Positions 12,701-27,522 of a DNA stretch of 64,000 nt are shown piece by piece. The notes below the pieces were generated by a model. That model ran no database searches. It was not told the origin of the DNA and saw only the letters and a program-made list of their open reading frames with translations. Position numbers and translations under genes: made by a program. Position 1 is the first letter of the stretch. Each line of letters starts with the position of its first letter. This stretch comes from Paramecium tetraurelia (Eukaryota), in contig CT868230.1 in assembly GCA_000165425.1 (NCBI GenBank), positions 186,001-250,000 of the forward strand, written 5' to 3'.

Positions 12701-15700
12701 CCATCGCTACCAACAACCCACTCACAATCTGCATCGGTAACAGAACCTATGCAGTCTGCTTAGACAGTAACTTCTGAACATTTATTTGGTGCATTTTTGC
12801 ATGCATCAGCTCCAGTCACTTTATTGGCTGTACAAGTTGACAAGTAAGTTGAACATGCAGAATGATTCCATGGTGTAGGCTTATTTGTACATGATTTAGC
12901 TTCACAAGCATTAGCAGCAGTATTAACGCTACAATTTGTATTGTAGGATTGACAATCACTATATGTTAATCCAGTACCTGTTACTTTAGCACAATCTGTT
13001 GCATTTATTTATATACAAGCAGCAGTTCCACTTGTATTCCAGTAACACTTAATTCCTCCAGAAGTGCTTACACAATTTGTAGATGAACCAGTGTAATCAG
13101 AGCATTTTGTTTTCACTTCAACGCAAGAAGAAGCATCACTATTTTTCACGCAAGAAGCATTGAATGCTTTACATATTGCATCAGAAGTATTAGTATTTGA
13201 TAATTATGCTTTCAATAGTTTGGGACAATCAGAGCTGGCAGTTGAAATTTATATACAAGAAGCAGTACCTCCTCCACTTGGGGTATACCAATAACATTTA
13301 GCTCCACCTGAAGTTTTTGTGCAAGATTTTTATACATAATCAGAACAATTTGTTTTCTTTTCAAAACATGCAGATCCATCTGATAAAGCATAGCAGCTTG
13401 AATTATATGATTAGCATTTATCATCTGTAAGGGCGCTACCTGCATCAGTTACTTTGGCACAATCACTACCAGCTGCTATAGCTACACAACTAGCTGCATT
13501 TGCTCCGGCAGCACCATCAGAATCATACCACAAACATGTTCCATCGGAACCCTTTACACAATCAGCTCCAGCAGCAGCAACATAAGAGCTACAAGTTCCA
13601 ATCGTTAAACAAGCAGATCCATCTGCTTTAACTGAGCATGATGTACTAAAGTCTTAACATATTTCATATGTTAATTTATCGGAGCCATTTTTAACAATTT
13701 TAGTACAATCTAATGTTGCATCAATGTCGGCACAATCAGTACCGCTAATCTTACACAATCCAGCGGTTGATTTTCTACAGCTTGCAAGTGCACTTGTATA
13801 ACCTGAACAAGCAGCTTTTTTATCAATACAAGCAGTACCAGCAAGGTTGACAGAACAAGTTGAATTAACAGCTTAGCATTAAGCAAAGGTCAAATTAGTT
13901 CCAGTTTTTTAAATACAAACAGTAGATTTTAATACACAATTAGTACCGTCCCAAAAACATTCTCCTGCTGTAGAGTATGAGCATGCATTTTAATCTGTTC
14001 CTGTACATGTTGCTGGTTTTGTCATACAAGCTTTTGTAGAAGCACTATTAATAGTACAACTTGAATCTAAAGATTTGCAATGATCCTCAGTGGAAACAGC
14101 TGTGCCAGATGCTGTTCCTTCAACCTTTGTATAGTCTGCACAAATTTTATTTTGACAAGCAGTTGTAGAATTAGCCTTGCAAGTATTTTTAGCAGCTTCA
14201 CAATTGGCATCACTATATGATGCCAAAACAATTTAAGCACAAGTCAAGGTACTAAAAGTCACACATGTATCATTTCCATTCCAATAGCATGAACCGCCAG
14301 CAGAATTAAGAACACATTAAGGTTTAGAAGTATAATCACTACAATTAGCTTTTCTGGGTATGCAACCTTTATTGTCTACTCTTTCGATAACAGTACAAGT
14401 ACTAACATAATCATTACATTTTTTATGTGTATTATATGAACCATCGTCTGTGGCATCAGAACATGTAGCTTCCCTACATGCAGCCTTATCCCAAATACAT
14501 TTTTTTCCAGATTTAGTGCTCTTACATTAATTCTATTCATATTATCCACAACTTTCCAATTTAGTCATACATGCAGTTGGAGTGCTACCTTTAGCTACTG
14601 TACATGCTGAACTCATTCCTGAAACGCCCTCACAAGCAACATGAGTAGTTAACTTAATTTTTTCACATACTAGGTCAACACAAGTATTATCTGAGTTCAA
14701 ATAACATGATTTATCAGTGGCTGTTTTTTCAGAGCAATTATATTAATTATAATCAGCACATTGAGAAGCTTTGTTTCGGCATCCACTATTTGAATTATTA
14801 ACAACACAACCATCAAAATAAGCCCTACAATTTGAATTAGTAAATGATGTGAGATATCCACCAGTACTGGGTGAGGTAATTGTATTATCTGATGCAGTGT
14901 CGCAACTTCTTGGCTAACATTTCTTAGAAGGACTAAAGACACATTTAAATCCTACTGATGAATAACAGTTGTCCTCAATTTAACGTGATGTGCAAGCAAA
15001 AGTAGTAGGATCAATACATCCATTTGCAGTATTGTTTACTAAACAATTATTTTTATAGCTGCCACATGCAGTATTATCGGTAGTTGTTGATGGTGCTGTG
15101 GAACATGATTTATCTTGACATTTACCACCAGACCATGCACAATCTCCGTTTAATGAATTGGAAACACAACCCTCCTATGTTTTGATAGCACCACAACTTG
15201 GTGGGATTGGCATACATCCTTTTCCAGTATTGTCAAGTGTACAAGATGGCATATGTGATTAGCATCCAGAATATGTAGTTATAGATTATGATGCTAAACG
15301 GCATTCTTATTTATAACAAGAGCTCTTATATTTGCATTTTGAACCACTTTTATCAACTTTACAATCTCCTGATTCTACAATGTTTTCGCAAATCATATCA
15401 ATACAAGCATTCTTTTAAGAATTAACTGTACAAGATGACAAATATCCATTGCATTTTTCATGTGATGTCTTAGAATCAGCTGGTGCATTTGCACAAGTCT
15501 TATCAAGACACTTACTCAAATCTTTATCCCAAACGCAATCTTTACTAGATTAATCCTTGAGACACACTTCTTAAACATCAATTCTATCACAGGTTGTAAG
15601 ATTTTAACAACCACCTCCTTTTTTAGGTATACAATTAGGCCAATAACTGCTACAATCAGTAAGTGAAACCAAGGTAGATGGTGCATTATCACATGATCTG

Positions 15701-16851
15701 ATTCTACATCCCTTTGAAGTAGCATTTACTGTACAGGTGGGGAGATATAAGGTACATGCTTCATGAGTTGTATTTGTAGTAGGGGCATTGTCACATATTT
15801 TATCTTTACATAATGTTCCATTAACTACACAAGGTGAATTATTTTTATCCTTCTCACATGCAACTACATCAAGGGAACTGCAAGTACCATTTTCTTTACA
15901 ACCTCCATCTTTCTTTGTAACACATCCTGGGATAAAGCCATTACATAAGGAGTTCGTATTCTTTGAAGGTGGGGCAGAATCACATTTATAATCCCTGCAT
16001 GAACCTTCAACCCAAATACATTATTAACCAGAACTATTAATTTTACAACCCTCTTATAGCTTTGCATCACTACAAATTGTTATTTATCTACATCCAGCTC
16101 CATTTGTAGTACAACTGGGATCATAATCTGTAAAACATTGTTCATGTCTTGTGTTGGAAGTGGGAGCTTAATCACAAGTCTTATTCACACATGCATTTCC
16201 ATTCCAATAGCATTTCTATTTTGCCTACTGATCTCCATATTTGCATTGTGGTTGTCCATCTTATGAAGCACAAGATGTAGCACTATCCTAACATCCAGTT
16301 CCACTCTTTGCAACAGTACATTTGACATTCTTAGCTCTACATTGTTCATCAGTTGTTAGGGTTTTTGGATATTGTTCACACAATGTAGCATCAATACATG
16401 CATTATCCTTCCAGAAACAATCTTTTTTATCAGAATTCACTACACATGAGACCTAATTCAAATATGATTTGCATTCTGCAATCTCTACACAATGAACTCC
16501 ATCTGTAATACATCTGTTAGATATAGCTTTGCAATCATCATCTGTAGTCTTTTTAAATGCTGTGCATCCTGTAAAATGGGTGCATTTATCAGTATTCCAT
16601 AAGCATCCAAAGGTCTTTACACAATCAGCTTGTGCGAAGTTTTAACAATAGGATGCATAAGTTGTTGTTACGGGAGGAGTAACAGTGCCTTTTGAGCACG
16701 TATTTTTAGTTTCATCCCATGAACAGCCAAGTGAAGTTCTCTTTGTGCAATCTGTCTTTGATAGTAATTGTGTACATGAACATTCAGTTATTGATGTTGT
16801 TACACTTAATGATATTCCTATCAGAAGCCAAAGGCATAAAATTTATTTCAT
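9799..16851 (-). CDS. Paramecium-type surface (immobilization) antigen, Cys-periodic, predicted GPI anchor, intronless, 2350 aa
   Basis: One frame of 7053 nt in the ciliate code; the Cys-rich ORF-track fragments at 11253, 12315 and 14226 share it. Signal peptide MKQILCLWLLIGISLS, repeated C-x-W Cys periods rich in Thr/Ala/Ser, and a Thr/Pro/Asn spacer before the hydrophobic tail DTSGYILGFTTIILGYLVF-TGA. Confidence 0.95.
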
Positions 16852-17768
16852 TTAAAGTATTATTTAAAAAGTACGTGCTAATTGTGAATTTATATAAATT
16901 ATTTGATTAATATATTTTTTGGTTTATCTTACGTTTGTTTTATTTTTAAAATTAATTATCAACATTTAATCTGTTTTTAAATTACATTATTAATAAAAAT
17001 ATTAATATTATAAATTTCTACGATATAAGAATTCTACTCCTCATCAGACGTTGCCCAAAGAAATAACTTTAATGTTTAGAACGATCACACCTATTTACAA
17101 ACATTTTTTAAATTCTACGTATCCTTTAACAACGCAATTTTCTCACCATCATATGAATCTACTTCTTCTTTCAATCCCTCGACACTCTTAATATGCAGGT
17201 ACAATCGAAATACTGTTTAAGTATATGAAAATCGAGAAATGCCACTTTTAAAAATAGAAAAAAAGGGGATTTTTTCATTGTTATAACATATATCTTATAA
17301 TTAAACAAGAGTAAGAAATTTTCTCATTACACTTTGTTATCATTCTTCTAATTGTGGGCTCCTTATCTCTAATCTCTATTGATTGATGAATAGAATATAA
17401 TTTCAATATATATTTCCATTAAACCATTTTTAGAATATATCAATTAAGTCTATCTGCTCTTTTCCTCAAAAAATAAGAATTTATTAGAGATTCAAAAGAA
17501 GTCAAAACATTCTAAAGTCTACCATAAAGAAAAAACAACAAACTATCTAGGGAATAAAATATAGAATCCCAGAAAATATATTTAAAGTTGGATATAAAGA
17601 AGGTGCTACTAAATGAGATAATTCTTTTCATAATATATAGTATTTTAAATACGGTTACCATTTGAATTTCATTAACATATTTTTATGTAAAAATAAATTA
17701 TGGAATTCTATAAAATTTATTTATAAAATATTATAATACTTATTAATAATTAAAGTAATAAATATAAA

Positions 17769-18491
17769 TCAGTTATCAGTGGAATAATTTCCCCGAATTA
17801 AAATAGACTTAAAAGGCGCGAAATATTTATTAGATCCAACTGGCGTAACCGAATTCAATTATTCTTTAGTTTATTGATTCTTCGTTGAGGTATTTAGTTC
17901 TTTTGATAATTCTCTTCTACTATTTTTTATTTTTCTCTATAAATTTTTAACTGCTTAATTATTGATTATCAATTTTGAAGTATTTTTTGTTAGATTTACT
18001 TTAGTAGTTTATCTTTAATTTTTTTCTTCATATTTCATAGCAGCTTAATAATACTTCTCCATTAAAATCAAAGAAATATTATTTTGAGATTCAATCTTGC
18101 TACTTAATGCTTGTTCCCTAGATACTCTAACAATAGGAATATCTATCAATTTGGGTTCATGTCCACTTTGCTTTCTCTTAATTGATTCCAATATTTGCTT
18201 AGAAACTCTATTTTATGAGCTCATGATCTATTCCTTATTTTCCTTATTTGATATTCTATATTAAGAATATGAGGATGGTTATGTAACTTTAGAATTATTC
18301 TAGTATTATTGAGATTTGTTTCGTTATTTATCTGGAGTTTTCTTCTTCTGTTATTAACCCATATATGGAATCTTGTCTAATTCAAATATTTTCATCTTTT
18401 CCTTTAAAATTTCTTATGCCTTGCTTCCAAAAAATTCCTCATCATCTGTCTTACATATTGCAAAGCTTGAATGAATGATTTAATTGTGCAT
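17769..18491 (-). CDS. Hypothetical Gln/Lys-rich protein, 240 aa
   Basis: MHNQIIHSSFAICKTDDEEFFGSKAQEILKEKMKIFELDKIPY...RGNYSTDN-TGA; 723 nt, in frame. Confidence 0.65.
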
Positions 18492-18530
18492 AAAATAAAT
18501 AATTATAATTAATATACAAAGTTGTTTTAC

Positions 18531-19942
18531 TCATAAGATTTTCTTAATTGTTCTTTCCAACGATTCTGTATTCTTCCCATGAGTTTACAATAAATTTATT
18601 AATTTTTAGAGGGATCTCCTCATTCTATCAGTCGATTGAGGCTCATTCTTAGCAAATTATTAATTCATTTTTTAAAATTGCTCTCTGAGTATCATTTCCT
18701 ATGATCAAATCAATATCATACCGATTCAATATTACTAACTATGTGTTATGTCTGATCCAAAGGCAACAAAGTTAGCAATTAAAAGTAACTGCCAAGTTCC
18801 AAGTCTGAGATTTCCTTAATATTTATAAAAGAGATGAGGTTGAGCAAATGCTCCTTGGATACTACGTAATTCCATTTTAAATGCATTTCAAATAAGATTA
18901 TAATCATGATCTTTGTAGAAAATTATTGAATCTAAACTCTCTATTATATAACTTATAAAATTTCTCCTGCCATTAATTATTAATAATCTGTAAGTTGGGT
19001 TAAATTAAATACGAATGATTATAAGGCTAGATCTGGAAATGAAGAAACCCCTGTCTTCTAAATTCGATTTAGCAAAGATGATATAATTACATTTATTTCT
19101 TATTTCATAAATTAATCTTTTAGTTTTAAAAGGGCAGTAATTAAAATTGTAGTTTCTTTGGGTGTCATATTATTGAAATCTTAACCTTCAGCAAAATTAC
19201 ATATTAATATTTTGTAGTAGGTTTTATAGAATTCAACAAATTAACCTATATATGTTGCTTCTTGTTCTAATTTAAAGTAAAATAATCCTTTGATGAGGAA
19301 TGAAATTTAAGAAAACATGCAACCAGATATTTTATATTCTGGTTTATAATTAGCAATAGCATATTTTATCAAATCCTACCACTATTTTATGAATGCTTCA
19401 TTTTTAGTTAGATTGCTATACCTTAAAAGGGCTTAACCAAAAATAAAAAGTAATTACACTTAAATTGTAAAATTATATTATGTAAATTCTTAAATTGTAA
19501 ACTAATTAATAAAGACTTCCATAAGTTATTCATTAATAAACCCTAATTAACATGCTTGATTAATTATTGAGATGATGTCCTCATTAAAGTTGTGTAATTA
19601 ATTTAGCACTATTTATGTCAAACATTATTTATTGGTTCTTGACAAAAACAAATTATTTTAGTAGATTTTCTCTAATAGTATTTATAACTCGCTGATTTCA
19701 ATATCATTTACATTCAAATATGAAGCCAAGGATGTGTTAAATTGAATACTATTTGATTAATATATGTCATCAATTAAATATTAAAATTTGCTAATGGTAA
19801 TTTTTGGACATTCAAATTCGCTCATTTCATAGTTGGCAAAAAAGTGCTCTAATTTACTATATTGATATCTGGTTTAATTTTTTGTTATCATTTTCAGCAT
19901 TTGAAATGCAGTTCTGGTCAAAGATGCTCCTTTATTAATCAT
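18531..19942 (-). CDS. Hypothetical helical protein, possibly mitochondrion-targeted; 5' exon structure unresolved
   Basis: Basic, acid-poor N-terminus MINKGASLTRTAFQMLKMITKNQTRYQYS. Clear introns near 18996 and 18700. Ends ERTIKKIL-TGA. I could not resolve frame breaks at about 19400-19600. Confidence 0.5.
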
Positions 19943-20060
19943 CAATAATTTAATTAACCAGAATTAAACTCAATAACAATAAATATTCAAAGAATTTTAT
20001 AAATATAATTTAATTACCTCGTATGCACATTGTTCTCATATATAATTATTATTTTAATTT

Positions 20061-20803
20061 ATGAATAAAAATAAAGAATCTGGAAAGCAAACTTAAAATA
20101 ACAAAGCAAATGATTCTAATTCAAATAAAAACAAAGAATTATAAAAGCTTGTTTAAAATAATAAGCATTTTGAATTTTTATCAAGTGGAAAAATTAAATG
20201 CATTCTAACACATCATGAAATCCTCCCAACTTTACAAGAATTCACCAATTATTTAAATGGTCGAAGCTATAAAAACGCATTAGAAAATGAGATTGAATTT
20301 ACTTAATTTGAACCATACATTGTCTAGCATAAAACTGATAAGTAATTTAATTAATTAAAATATAGAAATAAACTATTTTGTAATTTAACCAGATAAAATA
20401 TTAGTAAAAAGAAATCTGTTGTTCTCAAACACGTAAATGGAAAGAGATACAAATATTATTTATCCAGTAATTCTATTTAGTCTATATATTCTTAGAGTAC
20501 CTAGAGGAATAAGCCAAAGAAGAACAAGAAAATTAATAAGACAATTAAGAAGAGGAAGTCTAAAATGAATTGGAAGAATTGAATAACTTAGTAAATGAGG
20601 AAGAACAGGAACACTAACCAAAAAAATAAAAAAGTGGTATTCTAAAAGGAGGAAAGAAAATTAATAAAAAGAAGGTGAAACCTCAATAAGAAGAATAAAT
20701 AGAAATTGAATAAACAGTATAAAATAAATCAAAAGTATAATAAAAAGATGGTAAATAAGTGAAAAAGTTAAAAAATAAATAATAAAAAGGATAAGTGGAA
20801 TGA
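20061..20803 (+). CDS. SURF2: Surfeit locus protein 2 homolog
   Basis: GKIKCILTHHEILP..YLNGRSYK..FTQFEPYIVQHK..KLFCNLTRQNISKKKSVVLKHVNGKRY matches the two SURF2 zinc-finger-like repeats. Two introns and an acidic/basic tail. Confidence 0.85.
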
Positions 20804-20857
20804 AATACGATGACTTTATTATGTATAATATCAATGTAATCTAAAAACAATATTAAA

Positions 20858-22235
<1,378 letters not shown>

Positions 22236-22281
22236 TTTTTATTATTATAATTTTAATGATTAATTCATTGTATTATTATTC

Positions 22282-22700
22282 TAACACCTAATTCTAATTG
22301 ATATGATTAATGTTATTTTGATCAAGTATATGAGAATGCATGATCTTGACTTTGATTATTGTATAAATAGTAAATTTGGATGAATTTAATGTATTTATTC
22401 ATTTATATCTTACTTGAAGAGATGAAGAAAGTATCTTAATTGGACATATCATGAAAGTAGTCATAACAACTGATAATAGTAATAGATGTAGCAAAATAAA
22501 AAATAAGTAACGAATAGGCTGGTTAAGTAATGCAATTGAAAGAAAATCTAAATTTTTGATAAAATATTATCTATTGGTAGTGATATAATGACAAGGGTAA
22601 TAGGATAATATAAAACGAAGATTTCCTTAGTTTAGTAAAATTGAAATTAATATTTACTATTGTCCATATAATTTGCTTAAATCATGATATTTTGAATACA
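22282..22700 (+). pseudogene. Possible decayed tail-anchored (SNARE-like) gene
   Basis: Coiled-coil-like fragments ending in the hydrophobic stretch LVKLKLIFTIVHIICL; interrupted by TGA codons and frame breaks. Confidence 0.25.
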
Positions 22701-22794
22701 AAAAATATATCATATGAATTAATCAAAATTCAAATTTATAATTATTTGCGTATATAAATTACTTTACATATATTATAAATAGTTAATTATAAAA

Positions 22795-24316
<1,522 letters not shown>

Positions 24317-24370
24317 TTAATTTAAATACTTTATTTTATTTTAGTTTAGATAATTTAAAGTAACTAGAAA

Positions 24371-25749
24371 ATGAGCAAAGTATATGAACTTTATATTCAC
24401 TTACTTGTGAAACAACAACACAGTCCTATGATTTCAACAATATCTAAGTACGAACCATCTGGTTTCAAGGATGACAACAACCCATTGTGTATGGCTAACA
24501 AATTTAGAGTGATGAGATATAGATCAGAAAAATTACTATTACCAGATAACATTCTCCAACATTACATTAACTTATTTAGACATAATAGATAGTTGTTTAT
24601 ACTATTTTTAAGATAATTAACATCCCCAGTTTAAGAACATGAATTATCGGATTAATAATAGATAGAGAATATTATATAATAAATTGAATTGGATAGTATT
24701 CTAATAGAATAGATGAATTTATGGTCTAATATCTTTCAACTCACTTAATAATAACTTCAATCCTTTTTCTTATGTCAAAATATGAGTGATTATTTGAATT
24801 TCCTTAAAGAGTTCTTATCAGACCAATTGCAAAGGTTTTAGAATATTGACTTATCTCAAATCAATTTAGATGATGACTATTAAAAAAATGAATAAACTCA
24901 AATCATCTACGTAAATGAAATGTATGAGAATCACTACAAACCAAGTAGTAAAAAGAAACTTGTCTCATTTACTCATAAGAATGAATTGAGCGAATCTGAT
25001 TAAAATTCAATTATCAAAATTATCCAAAAAAAGAAGTTAGCTTCTATTAGAGATATATATAATGCCATTATTACATAATTTGATCTTTAGCCTAAAATCC
25101 AATACACTGAATAAAATGGATAATGGATATGCTAAATTGAGATTAAGTAAATTTAATCAAAGTAAACTTCTTAGAATAAAAGTTTATCATTAATATGCTC
25201 ATAAATCCACGTAATTAAATAATTATGTCCAGTCATATTTGATTATATATTAGAAAATTCTAATCAAGATATCGATTAAATCAAAAACAACAAAGGTAAC
25301 TTAAATCTCGCTTTACCCACTTCTAAAAATCATAAGTTAATACCTTAAGAGGATTATTTGAAACAATTACCATATAATTATGAATTAATTGAGAATTATA
25401 TTGAGCATAAAAACAGTAATGAAACATGTGCAATTAGAAAATTATAGAATGAAGTAACCAACTATTTAATCTAAAAATATAATAAATTTTCTATTAACAA
25501 ATAGTTATTAAGTGTAGCTTCAACTTATGAATTGACTATGACTTTCGTGGAGAATGGACAACTGAAATAAATTCAAAAGTAAAATTTATTAAAATATCAA
25601 TTAGAACTTTTACCACAAAATTAAGATTTTGCAATGCAAGATTGATAGGTTAGTAATATATAATAAATGTGATTGGAAACTTGATATTTGGAGAAGAAAG
25701 ATCAAGACAATTTGATAATATTAATTAATTTTTGTTATAAATCTAATGA
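24371..25749 (+). CDS. Hypothetical protein, 450 aa, possibly with degenerate dsRNA-binding-domain-like segments
   Basis: Continuous ciliate-code frame with one 26-nt intron at about 25579. Ends QFLLQIQ-TGA. Confidence 0.75.
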
Positions 25750-25954
25750 TGTTTATATATCAATGATATATCGAAATCTACATATCAGAACAAACCCAAA
25801 AGCATTAAGAATAAAAATATTCTACATATTAAAGTAAGACTTAAGTAAAGGAATAAATCAACAAAATTAAAAGTAAATTTAAAGCCAATTTATTTTAAGA
25901 CTATAAACAACAACAAATTGTAAAATTGTAGACAAATATAAATATATGTATGTA

Positions 25955-26860
25955 TCAAAATTTCTTTACTTATTTGGCTTTAATTGAAGCAACGTGCAAA
26001 GTTACAGATTTCTTGTTGCTATTATCTTATAATCTAGATTTTGGTCGAGAGTACAGAGTTGCTAATTCCTAAATTTTCTCGAGAGATGAATATTGTTTTT
26101 CTTCAATTGACTATTTGGAACTTGATGAATATATGCTATTAGTTACTTTGTTTAAAAATCTTAGTATTCAGTAATCAATCTATTCTTTCGAGTATTAGAT
26201 TTAACAGAGATATGTTATTTTTATTAATTGAGATTCATGAAATTGTTGTGGAATGTATTTGATCTGGATTTAGAATCGTATTGAATGGTCTATTTCTATT
26301 GATCTAAAATAATTTTATCGATAATTGATTGAGTTTTTTGTTACAATTACTGATTCTTCTAATATTTGGCATCTTCGAGATCTTTCTTCATCTATGTAAT
26401 CTCCTTTTAGTAACTCTAAGAATATAGAAATAAGAGATCATACCAAGATTTAAGCTTTATAATCTTTTTCTATTACCAGTTGTTATTCATAGAGTTCTTG
26501 GATGTTTTCGCAATGAATTTTCAATCTCTATTCTGTCTATAGTTATTTTAATTATTAATACTCTGATATGAGATCTGCACTCTCCTTCATACTTTTATAA
26601 CTATTATTCTAATTAGGCATATTGGCAGTTTATTTCTTATAGAATTCTAGAGAGAAATATTTATACTAATACCCGAATAATTCATCAAGGACTGATATGA
26701 TAATTTGAATACCCTTTAAGGCATTGTTTGGTTATTAGATTGTTAATGTTGATTGTCCTAATTCTTGTAAGTATTATGTAAGTTTGGGAAAATAGTTAGT
26801 AATCTATAGAAATAATAGTAAAAGGATTACTTCTTATTAGATCTGATCTTGTAAGTTCAT
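25955..26860 (-). CDS. Hypothetical coiled-coil protein
   Basis: MNLQDQIQQE|ITNYFPKLTQYLQELG...; about 3 tiny introns; ends KAKQVKKF-TGA. Confidence 0.65.
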
Positions 26861-26901
26861 GAAGATAATATTTATTATTATTGTTATTATTATTGTGAAT
26901 A

Positions 26902-27498
26902 TCAATTTCCAATAAATTTAGTTTATTCTCTGGCTGGTCTTTCGTTTCTTTAGTGCTTCAAAGCAGGGTGTCGTTATCTAAGCAATTCAAAGGTGCTGTC
27001 ATCTTGAGTCTTCTCCCAAGGTTTGTAATATCTAGAAAATGATAAAAAGTTAGTATACTTCATTTGGTCAACCAAGTCAACTTCCTTGGCAAGTGATTAG
27101 ATGAGGAATTCTATTTACTCAAACCCGAATTCCTCCTCAAGTTATCTGATATCCTCGATTTCATCTGTAATTCGCATAATATATTTTAGTTTCTCCTCAG
27201 TGTATATTCTGTAAAGAACACCTTCAGGAATTTCTGCCTTTAATTTATCAAGTATTGTGTAGCATAATTTCATGATCTTAGCTCTTGGCATGGGCTCAAC
27301 ATCAAGGAAACTGTATCCAGTAGTTAATTTGATTTTTGATGATGGTACTTCGTATTTCTTGGCTTCATATGGTCTTAAATAAACAGGGATAGGATTTGAT
27401 TAAGATGCTGATGTTTGAGTACCAGAAGCTACATTGGATGATCCAAGTGTTGATGCAAACCTGAATCTGGGGACTAATCTATAGAGTGTTTGAATCAT
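26902..27498 (-). CDS. NDUFA5: NADH:ubiquinone oxidoreductase subunit A5 (B13) with mitochondrial presequence
   Basis: TTGYSFLDVEPMPRAKIMKLCYTILDKLKAEIPEGVLYRIYTEE..DIRQLEEEFGFEQIEFLIQ..E..L..QMKYYKPWE matches the ETC_C1_NDUFA5 pattern. N-terminus MIQTLYRLVPRFRFAS. One intron. Confidence 0.9.
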
Positions 27499-27522
27499 TT
27501 ATATTTAATAAATAATAATAAA

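Noticed and set aside
9799..16851. Retained IESs or introns in the antigen gene
   Set aside because: The frame is consistent from start to stop (7053 nt) and I saw no AT-rich TA-bounded interruption.
17000..17700. Possible gene upstream of the antigen
   Set aside because: Only short fragments (for example minus strand KSVEGLKEEVDSYDGEKIALLKD) ended by TGA; no supportable gene model.
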